Source: Pecten maximus (taxonomy: Eukaryota). Taken from it: a stretch of DNA of 64,000 nucleotides. A program made the position numbers and the translations under genes. The notes beneath the pieces are model-generated. The model was not told the origin of the DNA, made no database searches, and was given only the letters and a program-made list of their open reading frames with translations. The DNA is taken from positions 38,688,001 through 38,752,000 of the forward strand of contig NC_047019.1 in the NCBI RefSeq assembly GCF_902652985.1. Direction: 5' to 3'. Position 1 is the first letter of the stretch; every line of letters begins with the position of its first letter. Shown here piece after piece: positions 13,634 through 26,329 of the stretch.

Positions 13634-14000
13634 ATATAGAGGATGAAGTGACTCTCCGATATCATTTTATTGAAAATATACATTTTTCGCTTCAATTTTT
13701 TTCCCCTTTATTGACTACTACTGTATTACTAAATATTTTCTTCTCTCCCTTCTTCAGCTTAGTAAACTCTGACTGCGAATAAATTAGCATGTACGCAGTG
13801 TAAAAAAAGGCTCAGGTGAATAATAAGCGCAGGAATCGGTAACATAATTATGACGTCGTCTATTTGTGACGTTACCAGAACGTCAACTAGACAGCCCCAT
13901 TTTGAAAGGACTGATCTACGCAATTTTAGCGTGTTCTCCTGTTACCCGATGATCTCTACACAGAAAGCTAACGTCAAATGTGTATTTTGTCATAAATTAA
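13634..14000 (+). mobile_element. Decayed copy of the 53795-54425 element
   Basis: 13850-14000 (tgacgtc…tgtgacgttac…cattttgaaaggactgatc…gctaacgtcaa) aligns by eye with 54040-54190, and it starts with the same tatatagaggat. Confidence 0.65.
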
Positions 14001-16711
14001 ACTGAATATTGCCAAAATGGATGCATATTTAACTTCTCCACTAAGTAAGTAAACAACAGATTGCTGAAGCGTACAGCTCCTATACACGCTTGAGTTGTTT
14101 CTTTTAAATTTATTAACAATATTGGTGTCTTTACGTAGTTCCCTACATCCTAGCAACCACGGCACGTCGCAATATACCATGGAATTTATTGTCTTCGTAC
14201 TTTATTAAAACGATTTGTTTGATGTCAATATAAGGTTTGTACCTCATTTTGACTGCGTACACGGTAATATGCCCGCAGTTGGCAACGAACAACCATAGGA
14301 AGGGTTCGTTGCCAACTGCGGGCATACTACCGTATACGCAGTCAAAATGAGGTACAATCCTTAAATAATTGTTAAATCCCATGGCTAATTTTTCGCGGTT
14401 GTAAACATTTCTGCAGTTAAAACGCGAGACCCGCTTTGATTAATATTCATTTTTTTCGATATTCCCACCAAGTGTTGCTAAATAGATACCAGTCAGCTTA
14501 TGTTTTAGTGTTAACTTTGTATAAATAACAAGAGCATTTTTTCTCAGAATCTTTCTGAATCACGGAAATTTGCCAAATGAGGCATTTATTAGATTTTCAA
14601 CGACCACGAATATAGCGAAAATTAACCTCCCGCAAATACCACCAATGATACAGTGATATGATGCTATAATACCATATTATACAATACTTTACGTCTACAA
14701 CACAAATTTGCTCCTTTCTGGCATTTTCGTTCTGTATTTGTACATTATATGAGAAACTAATTTGATATAAGGTAGGTATAATGATAAAGTAATTTTCTGG
14801 GAACTACCTTACACAGGACACAAGGGGGCATCACTATTGCTCACACCTAGTATTCAGCTGTCATCCCTTTCGTTTTTATAGCTCCTTAGGAACTATAAAA
14901 GAACGTCGACTGATTCCCATTTTACATTACCAGTCAGTTCCCACGGTTTTAATGTACAAAGTGTATGTAAACATCAGGTCATGTGATACCCATATTTAGT
15001 TTGACGACATTGTCTTGTAGGAATGTTCTTCTTGATTTAAAAAGAAAAGAAAAAAAAACTAAAATGGCAAAGTGGGGAAGAAAAAAGGTATGGTTAGGAA
15101 GATTGGATCTGTAAATCACATTGGATGAATTAATCTGGGGAAATAATATGGTCGCGAAAATTATGTAACTCTCGAAATGCCTTATGCTTGCCGAATTCCA
15201 TTCGATGATGTTTTTTCTGTTTTTCTATCACAATGCCCATATTGTTCCATCGTAAACACTTATGGAGTCACCGGCTAAGTGTGTCTAATAACATTGTAAC
15301 TCACCGTTGTTGCTGAAATTGATGTGCTGAACATCATGCTCTTTTTCTCAGATATCCTGATAGTTTGGTTCCTGTTACAAGATCTACACCGACAGCGCCC
15401 AAAGTGATACATATCTCTCGCTGATAACAACCCTGTCTAATGTATGTCTCAGGTTTTCAGGACTTTCCCGTAAGCAGTATTTTTCTGCGTTTATTTAATA
15501 TTTCATCGCAATCTTTCAATAGTATAAATTGATGTTCTTGGTTTTAACACAACTCTGTTCCATGTGGGCCCTTACCCACAGCCTGCAGATTGCATCAAAA
15601 CATCACTCTCTTCTCCTTTTAGAGGTATTAACTCGATTCCCGGAAGCGACTGCCATTTCCACAATTTTCGGTATGGGTACTAAATATCTGTTAAGACATT
15701 GCATTTTATGAGTCCACTTCCTACAGCTCCTTGTCGTGTTGTGTTTGCTAACCAACGAATCATTCCCAGCATCAGGAGTAAAATGACTGGTTTAAATTAT
15801 GACTTTTTGATATAAGTACATCATAACAGATATATATGGAAGTCAGTGTTTCTCCCTAACAAACCACAATATATCCCCACGAAAGTCGTGACAATGTCTA
15901 CTTGAAAGTGCAATAGTATATGTTTTGTTGCAAAGATAAGTAATTGTCTTTGTTAGAAATGGAGATTTATTTAAATTCCTCGACATTGACAAAGTATGGC
16001 ACATTGAATATGTCACTGTGCCTTTCCTGGCTACAGACGCGGAAGGCTTTGTATATCAAAGACAGAAAAGTCAATAAAAACGGTTTTTGTGTCAAATTTA
16101 GTAACGTTCTTATACTTCCATGCATCACGGCAATTGTTTAAGCTAATATTTCTGATACATAGCAGACTTATACAAAAACAGTCTAAGCACGAACGGAACT
16201 TGTTTTGTAAATCATTTAATCAAATAATCACATAAAGCTATGCCATCCTAACGACAGATTTAGCGGTGTTTGTGTGATAAACAGTTGTCTATAATAAGAT
16301 AAGCACTTATCGAGTGATTCGAATAGAGGCAAATCAGATCTGCTACACGACTCGATCATCGAATTTGTTTATTACATTTTCTTCTAGTATGTACGGGAAT
16401 TCTAGACCTTCACAATAGCTGATAAACCATCGGTTTTAAAGTCTTTTTACAAAAAAAATATCTGGATTTCGTTAGTTATTAATTTGTTTTCTAGCGTTTA
16501 CAATGGATATTTTCAATCGCAGGAAATGCGTGTCGAATTTCGATCATTTTATTCGTTTAAGTCGTTTATCATTCCATTCGTAACTAAATATAGAATGTAA
16601 CTAAATATAGAATGTAACTAAATATAGAATGTAACTAAATATTGTTAAGAGGTCGGTTAAACAAGACACGTTGTTAGTAAAGGGTTTGTATTTCCCCTGA
16701 TTTCCTTTCAG

Positions 16712-16906
16712 ATATGTGTTCACAAAGTATCCTGATAGAAGGGGTTGGATACGCCCGTCATCCCAAGGAGTGTGACAAGTTAGTCCAATGTTTCCTAAAG
16801 GAAAGTGGAGCGTGGTACTACGTAGTCCAATCCTGTGGAGTGGGGGAATTCTGGGACCAGGAACTACTGGCATGCCGATTAGCTGAAGTTGTCGACTGCC
16901 CTAACG
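16712..16906 (+). CDS. Pif-like exon: chitin-binding type-2 (CBM14) domain, 6 Cys
   Basis: ttcctttcAG| acceptor, G|GTATGT donor. Peptide DMCSQS…GVGYARHPKECDKLVQC…SCGVGEFWDQELLACR…DCPN follows the CBM14 HPxxC..(F/L)xQC…CxxGxxW/FD…C pattern. Confidence 0.92.
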
Positions 16907-17120
16907 GTATGTACATCATAGATATTGACATACGTTCAAATGTAGTTGGATTTCATGCATGTACAGAAATATCCACTGCGGGGTTAAATATTAAAATAGC
17001 TGCTCTGAAAAGTAGCTCTGGGAAAACGTCAATACGGATCCCCGGAGAGGATACAAGGGGATACACAAACGGAACTTTAAAACATTCTTTGGTGAAATGA
17101 TATCCTTATTTATTGAATCA

Positions 17121-17338
17121 TTTGTTTGGTTTTATTTTGTTTAACGTCCTATTAACAGCCAGGGTCATTTAAGGACGTGCCAGGTTTTGGAGGTGGAGGA
17201 AAGCCGGAGTACCCGGAGAAAAACCACCGGCCTACAGTCAGTACCTTGCAACTGCCCCACGTAGGTTTCGAACTCGCAACCCAGAGGTGGAGGGCTAGTG
17301 ATAAAGTGTCGGGACACCTTAACCACTCGGCCACCGCC
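17121..17338 (-). mobile_element. tRNA-derived SINE with V-like domain and 6-bp TSD
   Basis: Minus strand: A box TGGCCGAGTGG, B box GAGTTCGAAAC, core GGTTTTTCTCCGGGTACTCCGGCTTTCCTCCAC (V-SINE-like), A-rich tail. TSD GAATCA at 17115-17120 and 17339-17344. Confidence 0.85.
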
Positions 17339-18764
17339 GAATCAAAATCAAAACTTATCGAATTGAATGACAATTAAATAAAAATGTAAAGAGGCTATTC
17401 AGTCATACTAAATCAAATTATGGAATGTGGGTGAATCCTATATCAACATATACACTAAAGAGTAACAATATACACTAAGTATTAACAGTTTTAAGTCAAA
17501 ATGTTCTCATATCGTCCACTTTAAGTGTATCTGTTGTACAGAATGTTTTCATATCGTCCACTTTAAGTGTGTCTGTTGTACAGAATGTTCTCATATCGTC
17601 AAAGTTTACGTAAAAAAAACAGCCAGATATCCGTATTCCAAACTCACAATCGACAAAACGATTGCGAAATATTACAACACAAAATTTGAAAAAAGCACAA
17701 ATAGAACAAGACGATTATGTTTTCTAGAAAGGTATGTTTCTTGAGGACACCAAACGTTTGCGTTTAGGTCAAATCAATGTTAAATTACGTTCTTAAAATA
17801 TGAATCTGTTATAATCATTGTAGTGATATAACTTAACTGTAATGATATAACTTAACTGTAATGATATAGCTTTAGTGTAATGATATAACTTCAATGTTTT
17901 GATAAAACTTAATTGTGATGAATTTTTTTTTTGTTACCAATGAGAACGATGCTTTCTATTCACCGCATTGCAATCCAATGGTTTTTGCTTGAGAACTAAT
18001 TGAAGCGATAGAACAATACATGACTATTTTGCTCCACGTTTGCAATATACCTTGCATATCTTCATTAAAATACTCATGACACAACAGTTTTGTAAGAAAA
18101 AACTTAACAGGTAACAACAGAAATTGCGTTGAGTCGTCCCGCCATCTTGTTGTGGAGCGATCCCTACGCTTTTTCGACACATGATTTTTTTTATCTCTTT
18201 TGAAATAGATAGAAAATTGAATGGGTTTCCGTTATATACCACATATATTTCATATTCGGCTGTACGTTTTAGAACAAAGTTATGGCAAGACAGGTGAACA
18301 ATAATATTCCGGACATAATGCGGTACATTATACAGAGTTGCTAATCATATGTTAAAGCAGATTCCATATCTGCTCCCCGTAAAGCTAAGCTACACGTCCG
18401 CTAACCTGTCAGTAATAAAATGACATAATCCACATGCTTGGCGTTTGCTGTCAAGTACATGTTAATATCCAAATATGATATTGCAATTAGCTTTTTAAGC
18501 AGAATGTTAAAATCAAACATCAATGGCGTAGATTCCAATCACAGCTTGTGGCACTTTATTACTTAAACTCGGGTTCTAAATATATCCAGCTCCGACATGG
18601 TTATGAAATTAGAATGTTGCAGTGAATTAAGAAAAATCTTAATGGGCACACTATTCATAGTTTTGAACAGTCGATAACAATCGCTCCTAAAATAACTAAC
18701 AGAAGAGGCATATGAGTGGTGACATAACCCTCTGAGTAGTCAACGGCTGTTACTTCTAACTGTA

Positions 18765-19190
18765 GGCAATAACTTCCACTTCTGAGTGTAGCCAATAACT
18801 GTCATGTCTGAGTGTAACCAATAACTGTCATGTCTGAGAGTGTAACCAATAACAGTCACTTCTGAGTGTAGCCAATAACTGTCACTTCTGAGTGTAGCCA
18901 ATAACTGTCATGTCTGAGTGTAACCAATAACTGTCATGTCTGAGTGTAGCCAATAACAGTCACTTCTGAGTGTAGCCAATAACAGTCACTTCTGAGTGTA
19001 GCCAATAACTGTCACTTCTGAGTGTAGCCAATAACTGTCATGTCTGAGTGTAACCAATAACTGTCATGTCTGAGTGTAGCCAATAACTGTCATGTCAGAG
19101 TGTAGCCAATAACAGTCACTTCTGAGTGTAGCCAATAACTGTCATGTCTGAGTGTAGCCAATAACGGTCACTTCTGAGTGTAGCCAATAT
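18765..19190. repeat. 26-bp minisatellite, about 16 copies
   Basis: Unit tctgagtgtagccaataactgtca(tg/ct). Confidence 0.95.
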
Positions 19191-19204
19191 CGCACCAATG
19201 TGAC

Positions 19205-20770
19205 GCATATTACCATGAGTTTGGTACATTTCAGCATGAGTTTGGTACATTTCAGCATGAGTTTGGTACATATTACCATGCGTTTGGTACATATTACCAT
19301 GAGTTTGGTACATATCACCATGAGTTTGGTACATATCACCATAAGTGTGGTACATATCACCATGAGATTGGTTCATATCACCATGAGATTGGTTCATATC
19401 ACCATGAGATTGGTTCATATCACCACGAGATTGGTTCATATCACCATGAGATTGGTTCATATCACCACGAGATTGGTTCATATCACCATGAGATTGGTTC
19501 ATATCACCATGAGATTGGTTCATATCACCATGAGATTGGTTCATATCACCATGAGATTGGTTCATATCACCATGAGATTAGTTCATATCACCATGAGATT
19601 GGTTCATATCACCATGAGATTGGTTCATATCACCATGAGATTGGTTCATATCACCATGAGATTGGTTCATATCACCATGAGATTGGTTCATATCACCATG
19701 AGATTGGTTCATATCACCATGAGATTGGTTCATATCACCATGAGATTGGTTCATATCACCATGAGTTTGGTACATTTCAGCATGAGTTTGGTACATTTCA
19801 CCATGAGTTTGGTACATTTCACCATGAGTTTGGTGCATATTACCATGCGTTTGGTACATATTACCATGAGTTTGGTACATATCACCATGAGTTTGGTACA
19901 TATCACTATGAGTTTGGTACATATTACCATGAGTTTGGTACATATCACCATAAGTTTGGTACATATCACCATGAGTTTGGTACATATCACCATGAGTTTG
20001 GTACATTTCAGCATGGGTTTGGTACATTTCAGCATGAGTTTGGTACATATTACCATGAGTTTGGTACATATTACCATGAGTTTGGTACATATCACCATGA
20101 GTTTGGTACATATCACCATAAGTTTGGTACATATCACCATGAGTTTGGTACATATCACCATGAGTTTGGTACATTTCAGCATGAGTTTGGTACATATTAC
20201 CATGAGTTTGGTACATATCACCATAAGTTTGGTACATATCACCATGAGTTTGGTACATATTACCATGAGTTTGATACATATCACCATGAGTTTGGTACAT
20301 ATCACCATGAGTTTGGTACATATCACCATGAGTTTGGTACATATTACCATGAGTTTGATACATATCACCATGAGTTTGGTACATATTACCATGAGTTTGG
20401 TACATATCACCATAAGTTTGGTACATATCACCATGAGTTTGGTACATATCACCATGAGTTTGGTACATTTCAGCATGAGTTTGGTACATATCACCACGAG
20501 TTTGGTTTATATCACCACGAGATTGGTACATTTCAGCATGAGTTTGGTACATATCACCATGAGTTTGGTACATATCACCATGAGTTTGGTACATATCACC
20601 ATGAGTTTGGTACATATTACCATGAGTTTGGTACATATCACCACGAGTTTGGTTCATATCACCACGAGATTGGTACATTTCAGCATGAGTTTGGTACATA
20701 TCACCACGAGTTTGGTACATATTACAATAAGTTTGGTTCATATCACCATGAGTTTGGTACACATCACAGG
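19205..20770. repeat. 21-bp minisatellite, about 74 copies
   Basis: Unit catgagtttggtacatatcac, with a homogeneous block of the variant catgagattggttcatatcac at about 19360-19760. Confidence 0.97.
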
Positions 20771-21659
20771 TGTTGATATTCCATAAGAACATGACTAAAT
20801 AAGGCTTTGATATATAAATGTAATTTTATATAAACATACTGTTACACTAAGTTCAGTGGACTTTTATCACAGCAGCCAATACAATGAAGAACTTGGACAT
20901 GTATTCTTACACAACAAGGATGGCGGTTTAGTAACAAAGGAACATTATACCTGGCATTGACACGCAATCTATGAAGTTACACTCCTTTTTTCAATTAGGA
21001 TATCAAACTTTTATTAATGAAGTTCTTTTCGGTATAATGTATAATTTCTTTGCATGTCAGAATTTCCAAACTGTAAATGTAATATCACATTACACATGTA
21101 TATGTATTTATAATGCTTTTCCTCTTCTACAAACAATATTGAGATTTATCCTGGATAAAATATCAAAATGTCTTCCTTTTTGAACAGAACAGATTTACAT
21201 TATTGATGCAAGGAACATTTAAAGCGGATAGAAATTATAAATTGTGTTTTTCTGTAAAGAATAAAGAATGGTTTTAATGAGTTTGAAGATTAAAATTACT
21301 GGAAACGGTGTAGATGACACAATCTCCGCTGAAAACGGTGACAGTCGGCATGTTTTACGACAATTCTGCTGTCAAAATTGTCTTTTAGGTTTGGTTATTA
21401 ATTAAGAATACCGGTTACGGAATAACAAATAGTACGTCATAAAACAGGTTTTGACTATCAGGAGAGAGGAATGGCTGTTTACGGACAGGACTAGCAATCA
21501 ACATCATGACACACGAGAATTGGTTCAAGTTGGAGTTGTGTCTCTTACATTTTGTTTTATATGTATTTTCTGATTCGTTTTCTTTTATTTTGAAATAGAG
21601 TGAGTTTCTAATTTCTACCAGTATTTTCTATCTAATTTATAAAGACACGTTCATTTCAG

Positions 21660-21848
21660 ACAGGTGTAAGGATCCGTCTGTGACGTCAGTGCCCCACTCT
21701 GACAACTGTAAAGCATATTACCACTGCGAGAAGGGTCATTCCGTGGGTCAGTGCTGTCCGGGTGGATCAACGTTCGATTCAGAACGAGGCTGTGTAAACC
21801 ATACCGCATGTCCTCAGGAATGTGTGCCGGAAACGAGTCCAAAACCAG
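21660..21848 (+). CDS. Pif-like exon: second chitin-binding-like domain (8 Cys)
   Basis: catttcAG| acceptor, CAG|GTATAT donor. Peptide DRCKDPSV…NCKAYYHCEKGHSVGQCCPGGSTFDSERGCV…CPQEC. Confidence 0.9.
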
Positions 21849-22542
21849 GTATATATGATGGAGTTGTAGAGTATTCACAGAGAAATTTTTAAGCCATATC
21901 ATTTCTTTCCACATTGGCTCGCCCCGACCAGATCGGCTGTCAGTTTTAAAGAATGGGTACTGACAGACCCCCTTATAGATCGTAATAGGGTCCACACATA
22001 TCGTCTGATCAATCAGATCGCGCCTCACTCTGACATATGTCCCCTGGTGCAGGTGTCTTTAGACAAATCTGAGATATATTACACGCTCGATCAGCACGAT
22101 TTCACGAAATGTCTCTCGCTGTGACAGTATCGAGGATCGGGTGTGGCCCAAGAGAAATGTGTCCGGCCATTCTCAGGGAGTCGGAGACGGTTTATGGCAC
22201 CAGGTTGATCACAAATCAGGAGGCTGTATAAATGATGACATGGTGCCAACCCCACTTTATCGAAATAAATGTGTCGGTGTGACCTCAAGCGACAAAAACC
22301 GTCAACTCTATAATACGCATGTAAATTAGATTGCGACACCGCATCTTACATAGACATTTTTATGGCACAAGGCATCCGAACGCAAAGGCGATAAAGGATA
22401 AAAAAAATCTCCCGACAAGTAATAACTCATAACTATCACATACGACTAGGAAAACTGCCTTAATGCATATCTCTCGAATTCGGTTTTCTCCATTTTGATT
22501 CAAAAGAACTTACTTGGTCTCCACACAATAGTGGCAATAATT

Positions 22543-23235
22543 AATTCTACCACGTTTGCTATGCAACGCCAGTTTTGATTGGTTTAAAACCGTGTATTAT
22601 TTGGCAGTAATACACTCTCGTGTCAATAATACACGCTCGTGAGTCACGGCTGTTACAATCTTCCCCTCCAAAATCGTGCATTTGTAAACAAGCATGGCGG
22701 CGCCAAAACGTTTGAACGTCGGAGACCGTGTATTTTACAACGGAGAAATTTGCCAGATTGTTAATTTCTATCCACCCAGAGCAGACTTTGCTAAACAACA
22801 TGTTGTAAGGTCAATTTCCACAGGCAACCTTTGAAGAGCATTTCTACATGAATCGCTGGCCGACATCCCCGAAAGTTATCGTAACGTTGCCGTCAACTGG
22901 CTTGGAATTGACGTCAGCTTTTGAATATTCATTAGCACGCGCGCCTTATCGTTTCTTGTGAATTGTAACAGCCATGTAGCGACACATTTCCCGGGGTTTC
23001 GTTGCCACTTTTCTATTAGGAAGAGGTAGATCTCAGAACTAAACAGTACATGGTAGAATAGAAATAATCAACATTGACTCGTGTATTGTTGAAGGATATA
23101 CAACTCGGACTCGGATATTTTGCAATTTTGATTAATAACTCAGGCCTGCGGCATTCGTTATCAATTTAATTGCAAAATATCCTCGTCCTCGTTGTATATC
23201 CTGCAACAATACACGAATCATCGTTAATCATTTCT
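22543..23235 (-). mobile_element. Asymmetric hairpin element in reverse orientation
   Basis: Imperfect palindrome 23060-23235 centred on AGGCCTGCGGC. CATGGTAGAAT (about 23049) pairs with ATTCTACCACG (about 22544). Confidence 0.6.
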
Positions 23236-23689
23236 TGAACAACAGCATGAGTCATTTCATGTATACATGTATTTAGTTTTATATCACCAAATAAAAACAC
23301 CTAAAACGTTGTACAACTGGTGCCGCTCGGATTAGAAATTACATTCGGTATTTGTGTGTACGTTATTATAGAGAAGAGCTAACCTGGCGGCGATTAAAGA
23401 TAGTTTAAGAATCCCTAACTACACATTTCGAAAATGGGTTGACTTTATGTATTATAAAGTGCCGAACTGTAATTTGGAATGAACATTCTGTGTCTAACTT
23501 GGGTCCTATCAAATAACATGACCTAGATAAAACAAGTGTTTAAACATTGGAATGAAAGATTTTTGGGGTGAGATTTTAACAAGCAAGTCTTGTACATCTG
23601 ATATCATCTCTAATGCAACTGATACCAAATGCCCCTTGTCTTGTGTATCTGATGTCATATGTCCCATATGAGCTATTATCATGTACCTG

Positions 23690-25552
23690 ATGTCATATGA
23701 ACTATTATCCTGTAGCTGATACCATATCAACTAATTCCCCTGTACCTGATGTCATATGAACTATTCCCCTGTACCTGATGCCATATGAACTATTCCCCTG
23801 TACCTGATGCCATATGAACTATCCCCCTGTACCTGATGTCATATGAACTATTCCCCTGTACCTGATGTCATATGAACTATTCCCCTGTACCTGATGCCAT
23901 ATGAACTATTCCCCTGTACCTGATGCCATATGAACTATTCCCCTGTACCTGATGCCATATGAAGTATTCCCCTGTACCTGATGTGGTATGAACTATTCCC
24001 CTGTACCTGATGCCATATGAACTATTCCCTTGTACCTGATGCCATATGAACTATTCACCTGTACCTGATGCCATATGAACTATTCCCCTGTACCTGCTGC
24101 CATATGAACTATTCCCCTGTACCTGCTGCCATATGAACTATTCCCCTGTACCTGATGTCATATGAACTATTCCCCTGTACCTGATGCCATATGAACTATT
24201 CCCCTGTACCTGATGCCATATGAACTATTCCCCTGTACCTGATGTCATATGAACTATTCCCCTGTACCTGCTGCCATATGAACTATTCCCCTGTACCTGC
24301 TGCCATATGAACTATTCCCCTGTACCTGATGTCATATGAACTATTCCCCTGTACCTGCTGCCATATGAACTATTCCCCTGTACCTGCTGCCATATGAACT
24401 ATTCCCCTGTACCTGATGCCATATGAACTATTCCCCTGTACCTGATGCCATATGAACTATCCCCCTGTACCTGATGTCATATGAACTATTCCCCTGTACC
24501 TGATGTCATATGAACTATTCCCCTGTACCTGATGCCATATGAACTATTCCCCTGTACCTGATGCCATATGAACTATTCCCCTGTACCTGATGCCATATGA
24601 AGTATTCCCCTGTACCTGATGTGGTATGAACTATTCCCCTGTACCTGATGCCATATGAACTATTCCCTTGTACCTGATGCCATATGAACTATTCACCTGT
24701 ACCTGATGCCATATGAACTATTCCCCTGTACCTGCTGCCATATGAACTATTCCCCTGTACCTGCTGCCATATGAACTATTCCCCTGTACCTGATGTCATA
24801 TGAACTATTCCCCTGTACCTGCTGCCATATGAACTATTCCCCTGTACCTGCTGCCATATGAACTATTCCCCTGTACCTGATGTCATATGAACTATTCCCC
24901 TGTACCTGCTGCCATATGAACTATTCCCCTGTACCTGCTGCCATATGAACTATTCCCCTGTACCTGATGTCATATGAACTATTCCCCTGTACCTGCTGCC
25001 ATATGAACTATTCCCCTGTACCTGCTGCCATATGAACTATTCCCCTGTACCTGATGTCATATGAACTATTCCCCTGTACCTGCTGCCATATGAACTATTC
25101 CCCTGTACCTGATGTCATATGAACTATTCCTCTGTACCTGATGTCATATGAACTATTCCCCTGTACCTGATGCCATATGAACTATTCCCCTGTACCTGCT
25201 GCCATATGAACTATTCCCCTGTACCTGCTGCCATATGAACTATTCCCCTGTACCTGATGTCATATGAACTATTCCCCTGTACCTGCTGCCATATGAACTA
25301 TTCCCCTGTACCTGCTGCCATATGAACTATTCCCCTGTACCTGATGTCATATGAACTATTCCCCTGTACCTGCTGCCATATGAACTATTCCCCTGTACCT
25401 GCTGCCATATGAACTATTCCCCTGTACCTGATGTCATATGAACTATTCCCCTGTACCTGCTGCCATATGAACTATTCCCCTGTACCTGCTGCCATATGAA
25501 CTATTCCCCTGTACCTGATGTCATATGAACTATTCCTCTGTACCTGATGTCA
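23690..25552. repeat. 29-bp minisatellite, about 64 copies
   Basis: Unit tgaactattcccctgtacctgatgccata. Confidence 0.97.
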
Positions 25553-26329
25553 TTGCCTAGTTATCATACACCTTATGTCACAAAGCCTTTAGCACCTGAT
25601 GCCGTAAGCCTTGTGCAGCCGATTTCATACATGTCTTCTATTCTCGTGCACCTGAATTATATTAAGTGGACGCTTTAGCCAGTGGTATTGATATATTCAC
25701 GCTCGACAAGTCCCATGAGGATTGGTGTAAGATAATTACATGTACCTGTGGTGTTTTGGACAAGTATATCAACATACACACATAGAAACGTTACAAGGTG
25801 ACGGAAAGGACAACCGCAGCTAGCTTTGGCGAATGTCTTTTGCAGCCCATGACGCCAGATAAAGCAAATGATAACGTTTTCTTCGTTTAAAAGAATCTGA
25901 GAGAAAATCAATATAAGTGTACAAAATGGAACAAAAGTAAGATATAGAACTATTTCCAAACAGAACATTGGGGACTATAGGTGGTACCAAATTCAAACGG
26001 CACTGTGCAGTAAGAATGAAAACCTCGGCATACATTTTCGAAATTTAAATTGATTTACATGAAATTCAATGCTACAATCAATACCTTGTATATATTAGCT
26101 ACATGTATCAGATGCTCTAGAAACCCGAAATTAATACAGGAGCATTCAGTGAGATCAGGTTCTTAGAGATTTTTAATATTTTACATGGTTTGTTTAATCC
26201 CTGAGAATAACGTGTCCTCATTATCTAACGTTAGATCGTACGCACAACACATCACGTGATCTCTTACCCATCTCTTCTTAATACAAATACAGAACGTGTA
26301 ATACCGATAACAGACGTACGACCAACACC

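Noticed and set aside
15352-15405. Possible extra exon after the ctttttctcag acceptor
   Set aside because: The phase-1 frame hits a stop, and the open phase-2 frame is incompatible with the neighbouring exons.
17230-17338. tRNA gene
   Set aside because: The A/B boxes are the head of a SINE with a core, a tail and a TSD; no complete cloverleaf.
19200-20792. 528-aa, 404-aa and 248-aa ORFs
   Set aside because: Translations of a 21-bp tandem repeat inside an intron; no splice or domain evidence.
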